DNA of 64,000 nucleotides from Escherichia coli (GTDB lineage Bacteria; Pseudomonadota; Gammaproteobacteria; Enterobacterales; Enterobacteriaceae): NCBI RefSeq assembly GCF_003790525.1, contig NZ_CP033635.1; one strand, 5' to 3'. Shown piece by piece: positions 41,891 to 54,373 of this stretch (position 1 is its first letter; each line of letters starts with the position of its first letter). The notes under the pieces were generated by a model. It saw only the letters and a program-made list of their open reading frames with translations, ran no database searches and was not told where the DNA came from. The position numbers and the translations under genes were made by a program.

Positions 41891-42411
41891 TCAATCCTCT
41901 GATTTCAGTCTTTCAGCTGGAACAAACAAAATAACCGGAAATGTCCCTGCAAGAACAATCATTAAAGCAGAGATGGCCCCTTCTTCAAAAGTTCCACGGG
42001 CTGCTTCAGCATAAAGAAGTGTTACTGGCAGTTCTTTCATCGCATCAGTGAAAACCAGCAGGGCACTGCTCACCAGAGCAACACAGGAAAGTGAACCCGA
42101 ACAAAAGTTCCTGTACCATTTTCTCCCAGCAGACGTGAGGCTTGTTCCAGTGACTCTGGTATACGTCCCAGCCGGACATCAAGTGCGCCGATGGCTATTG
42201 CCTGAAATCGCATCGTACAGCAAATCACCAACAGGACACCGACAGACATTAAAGGTAACCCCCTGTAATCCAGTAGTTCCGCCAGCCAGCGGTCATTTAG
42301 GGAGTCAGAAAACCAATCGCCAGAATCGTGCCCGGAAAGGCATAACCCAGCGACGCCACTCTCATCACACCGCGCCTGAACAGTGGCATAGCGTTGAGGA
42401 ATTCCGGGCAT
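41891..42411 (-). pseudogene. ABC transporter permease fragments
   Basis: EAA-loop-like ESLEQASRLLG segment; broken reading frames. Confidence 0.4.
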
Positions 42412-42541
42412 TCCAGACTACGAGCAGACTGACAAAAATTACGACAAAGCGTTGAAGGAAGCCAGCGCGCGGACTGACAGGACTTTACCATAAAAACACA
42501 GGCTAACCGCGCCTGCGTTTTTAATGACGGATGAAACAGAA

Positions 42542-44521
42542 TCAGGTGCCGATTATGCCGCCGTCGGCTTTTACGATAACGACAGTTGAGGAGCGCGGAC
42601 GACCAGCCTTATCGCCGTCAGGCCAGCTTGATACTGCCGTCGGATGCTGCGGATCGCTAAGCCCTTCGCTTGGCTCGCCAGGGTGCTGGATGTTAATAAA
42701 CAGCGTCCGGTTATCCGGAGTGAACGCGATGCCGGTGATTTCGCAGCCGCGCGGGCCGGTCAGGAAGCGGCGGAACTCATTGGTACCGGGAATCGTCGCC
42801 ACCATCTGGTTGTTGCCCATGCCTTTGTAATCTTTAATATTTATGGTTGATGACGACACGTCGGTCTGGATCCATAGCACGCCGCGGTGATCAAAGCTCA
42901 GGCCATCGGCGCTGCCGAATTCCGCACCCTTCATGCTGCCTTTGGTTTCCAGTTTGTCTGTATCGGTGCGACCGCCCATCACAAGAATATCCCAGGCAAA
43001 CTGCAGCGCGGTCGGGTCACCGTTATGCTCCAACCAGTGAATGATGTGGCCGTAAACGTTTTTGGCGCGCGGGTTGGCCGCATCCACTGGCGCTTTTCCT
43101 TCCTTACCGCGATCGCTGTTGTTGGTGAGCGTGCAGTAAACGCTGCCGGCGTGATATGGATCGACCGCAATCCACTCCGGGCGGTCCATTTTAGTGGCCC
43201 CCACGGCGTCTGCCGCCAGACGGGTTTTAATCAACAGGTCGCCCTGGTTTTCAAACCCTTTACTGGCGTCGAGCCCATTTTGTCCGAACACCAGCGGTAG
43301 CCACTCGCCTTTGCCGTCGTCGTTAAATTTCGCCACGTACAGAGTGCCTTTTTCCAGCAGGTGCATGTTGGCTTTGCGATCCTGCGGGTTGAATTTTCCT
43401 TCCGAGACAAATTTATATATGTATTCGAATTTCTGGTCATCGCCCATATAGACCACAACGCGGTTATCCGGGGCAATTGTCACCGCTGCGCCTTCGTGTT
43501 TGATGCGACCAAGCGCGGTGTGCTTGCGCGGCACTGAATGCGGATCGTATGGATCGATTTCCACCACCCAGCCGAAGCGGTTCGGCTCGTTCGGCGTGGC
43601 GTCGACGCTGAACCTTTTATCCACTTCGTTCCAGCGGTAAGAGTCGTCGCTCCCGCTGATACCGTAACGTTTTTCCAGCGGGTTCATCTCTGCTTTTTTT
43701 ACGAAAATATCGGACCAGTTCTCTTCACACGTCAGATAGGTGCCCCACGGCGTAAATCCGTTGGCACAGTTCTGCATGGTGCCGAGAATGATTTCGCCTT
43801 TCGGATCGTCAACTGTTTGCATCAGTGGGTTATGCAGCGCCGGACCGGTGATTTTCATCGGCGTGTTAACGGTGATGCGGCGTGCGAACGATGACGGGCG
43901 CACCACTTCCCAGCCCAGGGGCACTTTTTTTACTTCAATGACCGACACGCCCATCGCGTTCTGGCCTTTAAGAGCTTTATCGGCGCTCCAGTTGGCATCG
44001 CCATCTTTAAACAGTAGACCGTTATCGATGTATTCATGGTTTATGGCAAGCAGGCCGTGATCGGAGCTGTTCCCGCCCTGCGGCAGGCTAAACCACGCCA
44101 TGCCGTCGTGGTGCATCCCGGCCTGCGCCGCCTGTTCTTCCGTGGTGTTGCTACCGTCGGTTTTAAAAACCGGCAGATTTCCGGCAATCCCGGTGGCGTC
44201 GCCCCATTTGTAGAAGGGCTTCGCGATGTATCCTTCCGGCACGATAACGGTATCTTCCGTGGAAACCGGCAGGCTGGTGAAACCGAGCGTCGTCGCTTTG
44301 CCGAGGTTACCGCTTGCTTTGGAGACCACTTTCGCCAGCGCGTTTTCCTGTTTCAGCAGAAATGGGAACGCTGCCGCGGCACCGGCGACCGTGCCGGCCT
44401 GTAACAGACGGCGGCGTGACAAATAGACTTCCGCCACCTGCGAAAACGCGCGGTTATCGCTCGGGTTACTGATTTCTTCACTATGCTCACGTTTGAATAA
44501 AGTTTTTAACGGTCTGCCCAT
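42542..44521 (-). CDS. phoX: PhoX-family alkaline phosphatase with Tat signal
   Basis: 659 aa, twin-arginine motif SRRRLLQAG near N-terminus, overall beta-propeller phosphatase (DUF839-like) sequence. Confidence 0.75.
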   Translation of the reverse strand: MGRPLKTLFKREHSEEISNPSDNRAFSQVAEVYLSRRRLLQAGTVAGAAAAFPFLLKQENALAKVVSKASGNLGKATTLGFTSLPVSTEDTVIVPEGYIAKPFYKWGDATGIAGNLPVFKTDGSNTTEEQAAQAGMHHDGMAWFSLPQGGNSSDHGLLAINHEYIDNGLLFKDGDANWSADKALKGQNAMGVSVIEVKKVPLGWEVVRPSSFARRITVNTPMKITGPALHNPLMQTVDDPKGEIILGTMQNCANGFTPWGTYLTCEENWSDIFVKKAEMNPLEKRYGISGSDDSYRWNEVDKRFSVDATPNEPNRFGWVVEIDPYDPHSVPRKHTALGRIKHEGAAVTIAPDNRVVVYMGDDQKFEYIYKFVSEGKFNPQDRKANMHLLEKGTLYVAKFNDDGKGEWLPLVFGQNGLDASKGFENQGDLLIKTRLAADAVGATKMDRPEWIAVDPYHAGSVYCTLTNNSDRGKEGKAPVDAANPRAKNVYGHIIHWLEHNGDPTALQFAWDILVMGGRTDTDKLETKGSMKGAEFGSADGLSFDHRGVLWIQTDVSSSTINIKDYKGMGNNQMVATIPGTNEFRRFLTGPRGCEITGIAFTPDNRTLFINIQHPGEPSEGLSDPQHPTAVSSWPDGDKAGRPRSSTVVIVKADGGIIGT

Positions 44522-44943
44522 TGCGGTTTCCTTTCAAAAAATCGATTTCAAGGGGAATCATTTTTATGCACGTGAGTCTACGGAAAGATTGTTACGGAAA
44601 TATAACAATTGTCATAAAAAACCGGCGATAAAATCATCTATGGTCGGGACGCGGTTTCAGGTATGATGTGAGGCTAGAATTCTGAACGCTCTCTTTTGTT
44701 GAGCATATATGGACGTCCCAGATGAGGCAAGTACTGGTTCGATGCGGTTTGCGACCATATATCCGGCGTCGTTAGTAGGTTCAATGACCTGCGCCATGAT
44801 GTTATCCGGGCCCTATTTCCTAATCACTACACCGGTATTTGATTACCCAGGTCAACTTCAGACTGTTACAGGGGCGGTAGCCGTTATCTCATCAGTGAAT
44901 GTAAACTCAGTTAAAAATATTTTCTATAACTTACTGTTTTTCT

Positions 44944-45126
44944 TTAATTCATCACAACGGCCTTCTGCATATTAAAATCAATACTATCGCTCAAAACACG
45001 CCAGATGATTCTTGTCAGCTTATTCGCCAGCGCACCAGTGGTTTTCAGGAACCCTCGACGGGCTTCCATCCTTTGCAGACAAATACTCAGACTGTCAGTG
45101 AGCTTTTTCACACAGCGCATTACAGA
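44944..45126 (-). pseudogene. IS110-family transposase C-terminal fragment
   Basis: C-terminal ...ALANKLTRIIWRVLSD motif; cut off by the IS911-like insertion. Confidence 0.45.
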
Positions 45127-46039
<913 letters not shown>

Positions 46040-46282
46040 AGCACAAAGAAGAAAAAAGATGTGTGCGAATGCCTGTAATGTGTTAAAAGAATGTTCCGCG
46101 TTTCCGGTACGCTTTTCGTAACTAACAATGCAGGGTGACGTAACGCTGGTTGTGCCGGAAACGCGTCCCTCCCCCTATCTTTCCTGTTTGGATTTGCCCC
46201 TATATTTCTGGATTATCCGACAAAACCGGCGTGAAGTATTACTCTCGTCGCCCAGCACCATAAGGATAACGCCCATAAAATC

Positions 46283-46648
46283 ATGAAACTTTTCTTCCAG
46301 ATTGGATACAATCAGGCCGTATCCCGTATTACAGGCTTATCACGTGTGACAGTCAGTCTCTGGGTGTGTTCAGGAACATTCCCTGAAATGTCAACCCGGC
46401 CTCCAGAGCGAGGACTTCTGGCCCCATGGAGGGAGTGGTTAAAAGAGCAACGAGAAAGTGGTAACTTCGGCGCGTGGCTGCAAGGATGGCAGCTGATGCT
46501 GCGGCTATATGTGAGGCAATCAGCAGTCGCTGGAATAATGGGGGTTGTCGAAAGTCATGTAAATAGACTAAAAATGCTGAAAGGCCAGATGTATGGTCGA
46601 GCCGGATTTGAACTACTCAGACAGAGGGTCATGAGTCCACTGGCATGA
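46283..46648 (+). CDS. AlpA-like DNA-binding protein (tentative)
   Basis: RITGLSRVTVSLW...FPE resembles AlpA-type HTH; the product is longer than typical. Confidence 0.3.
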   Translation: MKLFFQIGYNQAVSRITGLSRVTVSLWVCSGTFPEMSTRPPERGLLAPWREWLKEQRESGNFGAWLQGWQLMLRLYVRQSAVAGIMGVVESHVNRLKMLKGQMYGRAGFELLRQRVMSPLA

Positions 46649-46856
46649 AAATCTCCATCCAGGTTGCGTAAGAGCCACTTTTCATCCGTCGTCGATATCT
46701 GGGATAGCCATAGTGAAATAAAAAGCTGTCTGAATTAAATTATTTTGCACATATATTTTAATCCTGCACTGAATTAAGAATGGGTAATCAGTGACCGCTT
46801 GGACGGTCACTTTTAAGAGAAGGCATTAACAGAGAATGGTAAACAGGCTCAATATA

Positions 46857-47309
46857 TTATGTTGTTGGCACTACAGATGAATGATGGGATGATATTTTCC
46901 AATCCTTTCCATCCCACTCATAAGCGAAACTATAGCGTGCTGAAACTTGTTTTTTATCTTCAAAAGTAAACGTGTAATTCCCTGTATCAAGAGCCATATT
47001 GCATCCAATGCGAATAGTTCTGAAGTTTATTTCTCCAACAGGTTTTTTTTTCAAAAAATGCTCAAAATAGTCAACTCTTTCTGCATCTGTAATCCTAATT
47101 TTTTTTGATACTGTGGGCAGTAAGATCGCATCACTTAAATAGTTATCAGCAACCTTCTTGGCATCACCTGTTTTTAATGATTCATTCCAGCGATCGAATA
47201 ACCTTTCAATGTCTTTACTATCTACCCGAATACACTTAACATTATCTACGTCACTTGCCCACGACGCTCCAGAAAACAGACACAGAATTAAAATATTTAT
47301 TTTTTTCAT
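46857..47309 (-). CDS. secreted NTF2/SnoaL-like (DUF4440-type) protein
   Basis: 150 aa with signal peptide, AT-rich codon usage; fold call is tentative. Confidence 0.45.
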   Translation of the reverse strand: MKKINILILCLFSGASWASDVDNVKCIRVDSKDIERLFDRWNESLKTGDAKKVADNYLSDAILLPTVSKKIRITDAERVDYFEHFLKKKPVGEINFRTIRIGCNMALDTGNYTFTFEDKKQVSARYSFAYEWDGKDWKISSHHSSVVPTT

Positions 47310-47494
47310 AACTCCTCCTGATCAGCCTGAAACTTTTTTAAAGTTTAATCATATTAATACAGTGCAACTATTTGATAGTAAAAACGATGTTCTCTATTTT
47401 GTTAATAGATACTTCCTATTGTGTATATATTATGAGATTATTAAGAATAATACTCTCTGGGTCGTAGAGACAGGGTATAAGTCACAGGCTGGTG

Positions 47495-47950
47495 TGGTTC
47501 GGATGTTCTTGCCCCCTCAATATCAGACTGCTATTGTATCTTAAGTTAACGTTATCCGCTGACGTCGATATTCCCGTGGTGAGAGATAACCTAACGCACT
47601 ATGCGGATGGTTTTCATTGTAATGCTCGAACGCCTCTGCAAGGTTATGCAATGCCGTTATTACATTCAGTTTCGGCATGAACGCGATGTAGTCTTCATTC
47701 ACGTTTTCACGAACCTTTCTGCCATTCTATTGCTCTGAGGGCTACTGACTGCCGTCGTGCAGGGCTCCAGATTCAACTCTCTGGCGAATTGCCGTGTTTC
47801 ATGAGCCGTATAAGCCGAACCGTTATCCGTCCGCCACTGGATTGCTCGTTCCGGTCCTTTATCGCCAAAGCGTTTTTCTATCGCTCCTAACATCACATCC
47901 TGCACTGTCGGCTTTATCGTAACCTCCCGTACTGGTCACGGGCAGACTGT
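47495..47950 (-). mobile_element. IS2-like (IS3 family) 3' fragment
   Basis: Terminal sequences similar to IS2 ends and a transposase C-terminal fragment (47699-47905: [22 protein letters not shown]). Confidence 0.6.
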
Positions 47951-48669
47951 TCATCATGTTAAACCCAGCCGCTGTCAGATCATGCACCGGCCGGATGGCG
48001 GGCTGACCTGCCCCGCCGCGCTGCTGCCCGCCAATCCATTTCTTACCTTCCTTCCCGGTGGCCTGACGTCCGGCCTCGTCCCCTTTCACCGCATCACCGT
48101 CACCGCTGTTCACCACCTTCTTGTACTCTTCCAGCATCGCTGGCCTGCGTCCATTTGCTGCGATCAGAAAAGTCCATCATCCGTTTTGCCATGTTCTGGC
48201 AGTTCAGTTACGCCTTGTCGAAAGCCACATTCGCCTGCAGCACACCGTTGGTGATCATGTCGTACAGGCCGGGGTTGGCACGCTGTATCACCATCGCCGG
48301 CAGACTGGCAGCGGCGCCGGTCGCCCCCTAAATCACATCCCCCATCAGATTTTTAAAGCCGTCGGTCAATCCGTTAAGATGATTACCCACCGTGGTCTTC
48401 AGGTCAAAGTTGCCGCACATCAGATCGCTGCTCCAGCCCAGGTCCATACCCAGCTTCTGCATGTTGCTGCGCGTGGCCAACTGTGAGATCACCGAGCCGC
48501 CACCCAGCGTATAGAACAGTTTGTCGGATACGGCGCCATCCACGGATTTCCCGTAACCGAACGTGCTGTCATTCAGTTTCGGCAGGGAAAGAAGATCAGC
48601 CATCGCCGGAATACTGCAGTACAGCATCACACTCAGTGCCACCATACCTGTTTTCATCTTCATCATCAT
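47951..48669 (-). pseudogene. conjugative-transfer protein remnant (possibly TraH-like), frameshifted
   Basis: Signal-peptide N-terminus at 48328-48669 and broken downstream frames; weak resemblance to mating-pair-formation proteins. Confidence 0.3.
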
Positions 48670-48675
48670 GGTTCC

Positions 48676-49650
48676 TTAAAAATTCGTACTGCCAAGGAAT
48701 CGCTGCCCGCGCTTTTCGAAGCAGCTGTAAGGCTGCCACAGTGCAAAGGCTGCATTACCGTTCTCCGCCGCCTGGTGTTCACCATCCGGGAAAACGGCAC
48801 AGGAACGCGACACTGACGGCGTCAGTCGCTGCCATTTGTGATTGCGGGTGCCGGTGTTTTCCTCCACCGCCTCCGGGGGCCAGTAGCCGTCACGTTTCAC
48901 GCCCTTAACCTCCCTGTAGACATGCGACTCCCCCATCCGCGTGATAATGTCGGCCACCCGCTGAGCCCCCACCGCCGCGGCCCGGTCATCATCGCTCTGC
49001 ATCACAAAACCACTCCGGTGATAAACGCTCCCCCACATGTTTTTATCGGCCTAGCTGCCAATCTCGCGTTTGCCGGGAACCTGTGCCTCTGGATACAGGG
49101 ATTCAGGTAATCCCGTTCGCTAGACGATGCTGTCCAGGGTACTGAGGAAATAGGCCATGGCCGGTGTCACCGGTGAATCACAGCTGAATCCGGGTACCAT
49201 CCCGCCGATAAGCTGTGTGGCCGGATGACCCAGCGCATCTGCATATTTGAAACGAATTGCTGAACGGCGCTTCCCCTGTATTTTCATATCCGCCGGATTT
49301 CCCCCGCCGGCACTCAGCCCGGACAGGCCGTCAGTGATGGCATTCTCCGGGCCACCTGCGGTCCGGCTGACCAGCGACATCTCTTTCCAGGGATTACCAC
49401 CCGGTGCCGTATAGGTGGAAATAACCACTTCCGGGATGAAATGTGTCACCTTCACGGAAATTCTGACCGTACAGCCAGACGCGCTGCAGTAAAGCCAGTA
49501 ACAAATCCCGCTGACACGCCAGCTGATATAGTCCGGTGCCGCAGTACTGGCGATAATGCTGGCGGTGTTCAGTGATACAGACGCCAGGGGCAGTGATGCC
49601 ACACTCAGTAACAGCACGCCGGTACGCAGACGACATTTCAGGGACATCAT
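48676..49650 (-). pseudogene. TraU-like conjugative-transfer protein, split in two frames
   Basis: Signal peptide plus Cys-rich GICYWLYCS motif reminiscent of TraU; C-terminal part continues in ORF 48676-49038. Confidence 0.45.
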
Positions 49651-49763
49651 GGCTGCACTCCTCCCTCAGCACGGATTTTCCCGGCCATCACCACATCCAT
49701 GGTGCCGTAAACCACCTCACTGTCATCAAACACCACGGCAGGGTATTTCTTCACGCCCAGCGA

Positions 49764-50042
49764 CTAGGCATGTGCCACATCGCGGTAATGACCGGCCAGT
49801 TCCGCCTGCATCGTCTGCCATTCGGGAGACTTCATACGTACCCTGACCACCGATTCAGCCTCACCCGCATCAGCAGGCAACAGGCCCCAAAAGCGGCTCT
49901 GAAGCTGCTCAGGCGCATCCAGCAGAACCACCCTGACACCATCAGGAGGATTAACGGGAAGATGCTGAGAATCGGTATAAATTGTTGTGCCGGCAGACGC
50001 TGCCAGCGGCAGGAAAAACAGGGAACAGAAAATCCGGTACAT
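49764..50042 (-). pseudogene. small exported protein remnant, frameshifted
   Basis: Signal peptide; coding continues past a frameshift (...YPAVVFDDSEVVYG). Confidence 0.3.
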
Positions 50043-50237
50043 CGTACACCTCAGTCAGATAATATCTGACTGACAGCGTGCGAAGAAAGCGCTCATTTAT
50101 CAGCAATAAATTAAAAACGGGATTAAAAAATTACGGTGGGATCCGGGGAAGTGTATCTGCCAAGCATAACAGACAGTCTGTGATTATACCCGGCCTTTCA
50201 CAAAGCCGGGGAACTGATTCATACCAAGTGGTGATTT

Positions 50238-50489
50238 TCAACAATAAGTATAATGAGGTTGTCCCGGCACCGGTGGCAGTGGTTCGAGATAGACGTCATC
50301 AACAAAAACACAGGGGAATTTTTCAACTGCACATCCAGCACGCTCAGACATTACCTTCAGACTGATACCATGTTTCTCAGCATCAATAAAGAGGACATCT
50401 GCCCCTGTTTCATCCCGGAGATTTGTCGCATGATGCATGATCCGGTGTACTGAAGGACATGTTTTGTAACCAAAAACACATATACGCAT
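50238..50489 (-). CDS. glutaredoxin-like protein with CPSV motif
   Basis: MRICVFGYKTCPSV...VEKFPCVFVDDVYL aligns with the glutaredoxin fold (active-site position CPxV). Confidence 0.4.
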   Translation of the reverse strand: MRICVFGYKTCPSVHRIMHHATNLRDETGADVLFIDAEKHGISLKVMSERAGCAVEKFPCVFVDDVYLEPLPPVPGQPHYTYC

Positions 50490-50653
50490 GTTGCACCTCC
50501 TGATCACTGGTTGACGCCGATAATAAAACAATAATGTGAGCGTAAAAAATGCACCTCATACCACATTTCTGTAAAAGGCTCTGGCTATCACTGCAAAAAG
50601 CAAAATCTTAATTCCAGCATCACTTGTTACTCTCATTCCGTCACTTATATTTA

Positions 50654-51927
<1,274 letters not shown>

Positions 51928-52236
51928 GTATTTAATTACTGCCCATAAGAATAAAAGCCGCTGGCGGATTATTTCTTTATTACCCGGATGCGGTCACAAG
52001 CCCACACATCGTCAACTACCTGCCGGTAATATTAACTGTCAGAAGAACGCATACATCCGGATGTTTACAGAGTCGCGCGCCTGGTCACAGGTGACAACAG
52101 AAGTATGCCATACTAAAGGAGTAAACGGCGGGTCACTGGTGATCAAACACCTGCATCGTGTGTTGCTGCCACTGCCCTCAGGTGACAGAGGCAGCATCTT
52201 TACGTATTATAATGCGTTATATCGGGTTTGTTGTTA

Positions 52237-54324
52237 TCAGAACTGATAGTTCAGCGACATCCAGTAATTTCTCTCAGGTATCACATAACCCGTTGTCGAT
52301 GCCCCCGTCTGGAAGTAATCACCCGCATAAAGCGTACCACTGCCGGCACGATACAGACTTACGTCACTGTAATCCTTGTTAAGCACATTATTCACCGCTG
52401 CATTCAGCATCAGTGCATCCGTCACTTTCCACGACATGCCCGCATCCAGTACCGTCCAGGCTTTCAGATATTCACCTTTCTCATCATACACTTTCTTCTG
52501 TACAGCTGAGAGTGACGAATAATTCTGGGTGAAACGTGGCGTTTTCCCGCGATAACGGGCACCCAGCCATGATGTCACCTCTTCAGTAATCTGCCAGTTC
52601 AGTTTCGCATTCACCATATGCTCAGGGGTGTAACTCAGTGGTGCACCTTTATTATCCCCATCCCGTTGTTCACTCTGCGTCCAGGTATAATTCAGAGACA
52701 GAGTCACATCCTCTGACAACAGAGGCAGTGTGCCGGCAAATTCCACGCCCTGAGTCCTAGCCTTTCCGCTGTTTGTGTAGCTGCGGGTATTATCATCAAT
52801 GGAATAAGATACGATCTTGTTGGAGAATTCTGTCATAAAGCCCGTGATATTGGCGTTCAGACCGGCATGATTATCGTAATACACGCCCGCTTCATAACTG
52901 ACACTCTCCTCCGGCTTCAGGTCCGGGTTACCGAGAAGATTCGTACGCCCCTGACCGGACACACCGCTGATCCCCTTATGTAACTGCCCCATGCTGGGCG
53001 CCTTATATCCCGTGGTCACCCCACCTTTCAGCGTCCACGCATCAGTCACATCCCAGACCATATATGCCCGGGGACTGAAGTGTCCTCCGAACACCTCATA
53101 GCGTTCATAGCGGCTACCCGCAGTCAGTGCAAATGCATCCGTGATATACCACTCATCCTCAACAAATGCCGACCAGCTTTTCTGACGGAAGGTTTCACCA
53201 GTACTGGCGAGAACAACCCCGTCTTTCATGGAGGAGTTCTGATACTCACCACCGACGGTAACCTTGTGTGATTCCCCCAGAGGTGCAAACAGTAATGAGC
53301 TCAGGATAAGATTCGACTCCTTAAGCTCCCTCGGCTGGCCGGCAAGCCCCCATTTATCACGCTGCAGTACGCTACGTACAAGCTGACGGCCTTTATTTTC
53401 CGTCTCATTCCAGTTCAGGGATGACTTCCAGGCTCCGAAGGTGAATGTATGATCATAGCCTGCTGAAATTTTATTACGCTCATAGCGCAGGGTGCGATCA
53501 TAACCGCCCGTCAGACTGCCCAGCTGGCCATCTCGGTTATCATAACGCTGCCGGGCGATATCCATATCAATCCAGAGTACATCCTTGTCCGTCGCTTTCC
53601 AGTCAAGACGACCACCTGCATTATAATTCTGTGATTCCGTGGGATAAGGGATACGCGTAGCTGAGGTGTCGCTCAGTGATGTGACCGATGAGCCCTGACG
53701 CTGCTGTGTGCTGCCACGTACCTGAAGGCTGAGTGAATCATCCACAAGGGGACCGCTGCTCCAGAAATTAAACTGGCTGCTGTTCCCCCATTTGTTACTT
53801 TCCTGCAGGTTCAGCCCGGCATTAACCGAAGAGCGCCATTTGTCTGCATTCTTTTTGGTGATGATATTCACCACGCCCCCCATGGCATCAGAGCCGTACA
53901 GAGTGGACATGGGGCCCCTGATAATCTCAATACGTTCGATGGCGGCCAGAGGTGGCATAAAACCCGTATTCATGGCAGCATAACCGTTTGGGGTTACGTC
54001 ACTGCTCCCGCCCTGACGGACACCATCGATCAGTATCAGCGTATAACTGGCAGGCATTCCGCGGATGCTGATTTCCAGCCCACCTGTTTTACCCGTACCG
54101 CTTTCAACATCCACCCCCTCTACGGATCTCAGTGCCTCCCCCAGATCATGATACTGGCTGGATCGCAAATCCTCCTGGCTGATCACTGAAACACTCGCAG
54201 CTGCACTGGTTAATTTTTTTTCATAGCCAGACGCCGTGACTACCATCACATCTTCCGCAGCCATACTGCTGACTGAAAACCCGAGACAAGGGATGGCTAC
54301 TGAAGCCAGAGTGGTTACTCGCAT
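52237..54324 (-). CDS. iha: TonB-dependent outer-membrane siderophore receptor/adhesin, Iha/IrgA-like
   Basis: 695 aa, signal peptide, TonB-box region, plug and beta-barrel ending in aromatic residue (YQF); sequence recognised as Iha-like. Confidence 0.8.
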   Translation of the reverse strand: MRVTTLASVAIPCLGFSVSSMAAEDVMVVTASGYEKKLTSAAASVSVISQEDLRSSQYHDLGEALRSVEGVDVESGTGKTGGLEISIRGMPASYTLILIDGVRQGGSSDVTPNGYAAMNTGFMPPLAAIERIEIIRGPMSTLYGSDAMGGVVNIITKKNADKWRSSVNAGLNLQESNKWGNSSQFNFWSSGPLVDDSLSLQVRGSTQQRQGSSVTSLSDTSATRIPYPTESQNYNAGGRLDWKATDKDVLWIDMDIARQRYDNRDGQLGSLTGGYDRTLRYERNKISAGYDHTFTFGAWKSSLNWNETENKGRQLVRSVLQRDKWGLAGQPRELKESNLILSSLLFAPLGESHKVTVGGEYQNSSMKDGVVLASTGETFRQKSWSAFVEDEWYITDAFALTAGSRYERYEVFGGHFSPRAYMVWDVTDAWTLKGGVTTGYKAPSMGQLHKGISGVSGQGRTNLLGNPDLKPEESVSYEAGVYYDNHAGLNANITGFMTEFSNKIVSYSIDDNTRSYTNSGKARTQGVEFAGTLPLLSEDVTLSLNYTWTQSEQRDGDNKGAPLSYTPEHMVNAKLNWQITEEVTSWLGARYRGKTPRFTQNYSSLSAVQKKVYDEKGEYLKAWTVLDAGMSWKVTDALMLNAAVNNVLNKDYSDVSLYRAGSGTLYAGDYFQTGASTTGYVIPERNYWMSLNYQF

Positions 54325-54373
54325 ATCTTCTCTCCGATTATATTAATCAGAGAGAAGATAAACAAACGCAAGA

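Noticed and set aside
44522-44700. Pho box upstream of phoX
   Set aside because: Only a single TTGTCATAAAA half-site-like sequence is present, without the second CTGTCAT repeat at the correct spacing.
44709-44975. 88-aa ORF upstream of phoX
   Set aside because: No ribosome-binding site and low-complexity composition; it overlaps the probable 3' non-coding end of the IS110-family fragment.
46190-46210. Complete second IS2 copy at 46190
   Set aside because: Only about 20 bp match the IS2 terminus; the adjacent sequence does not continue as IS2 interior, so at most it is an isolated end remnant.
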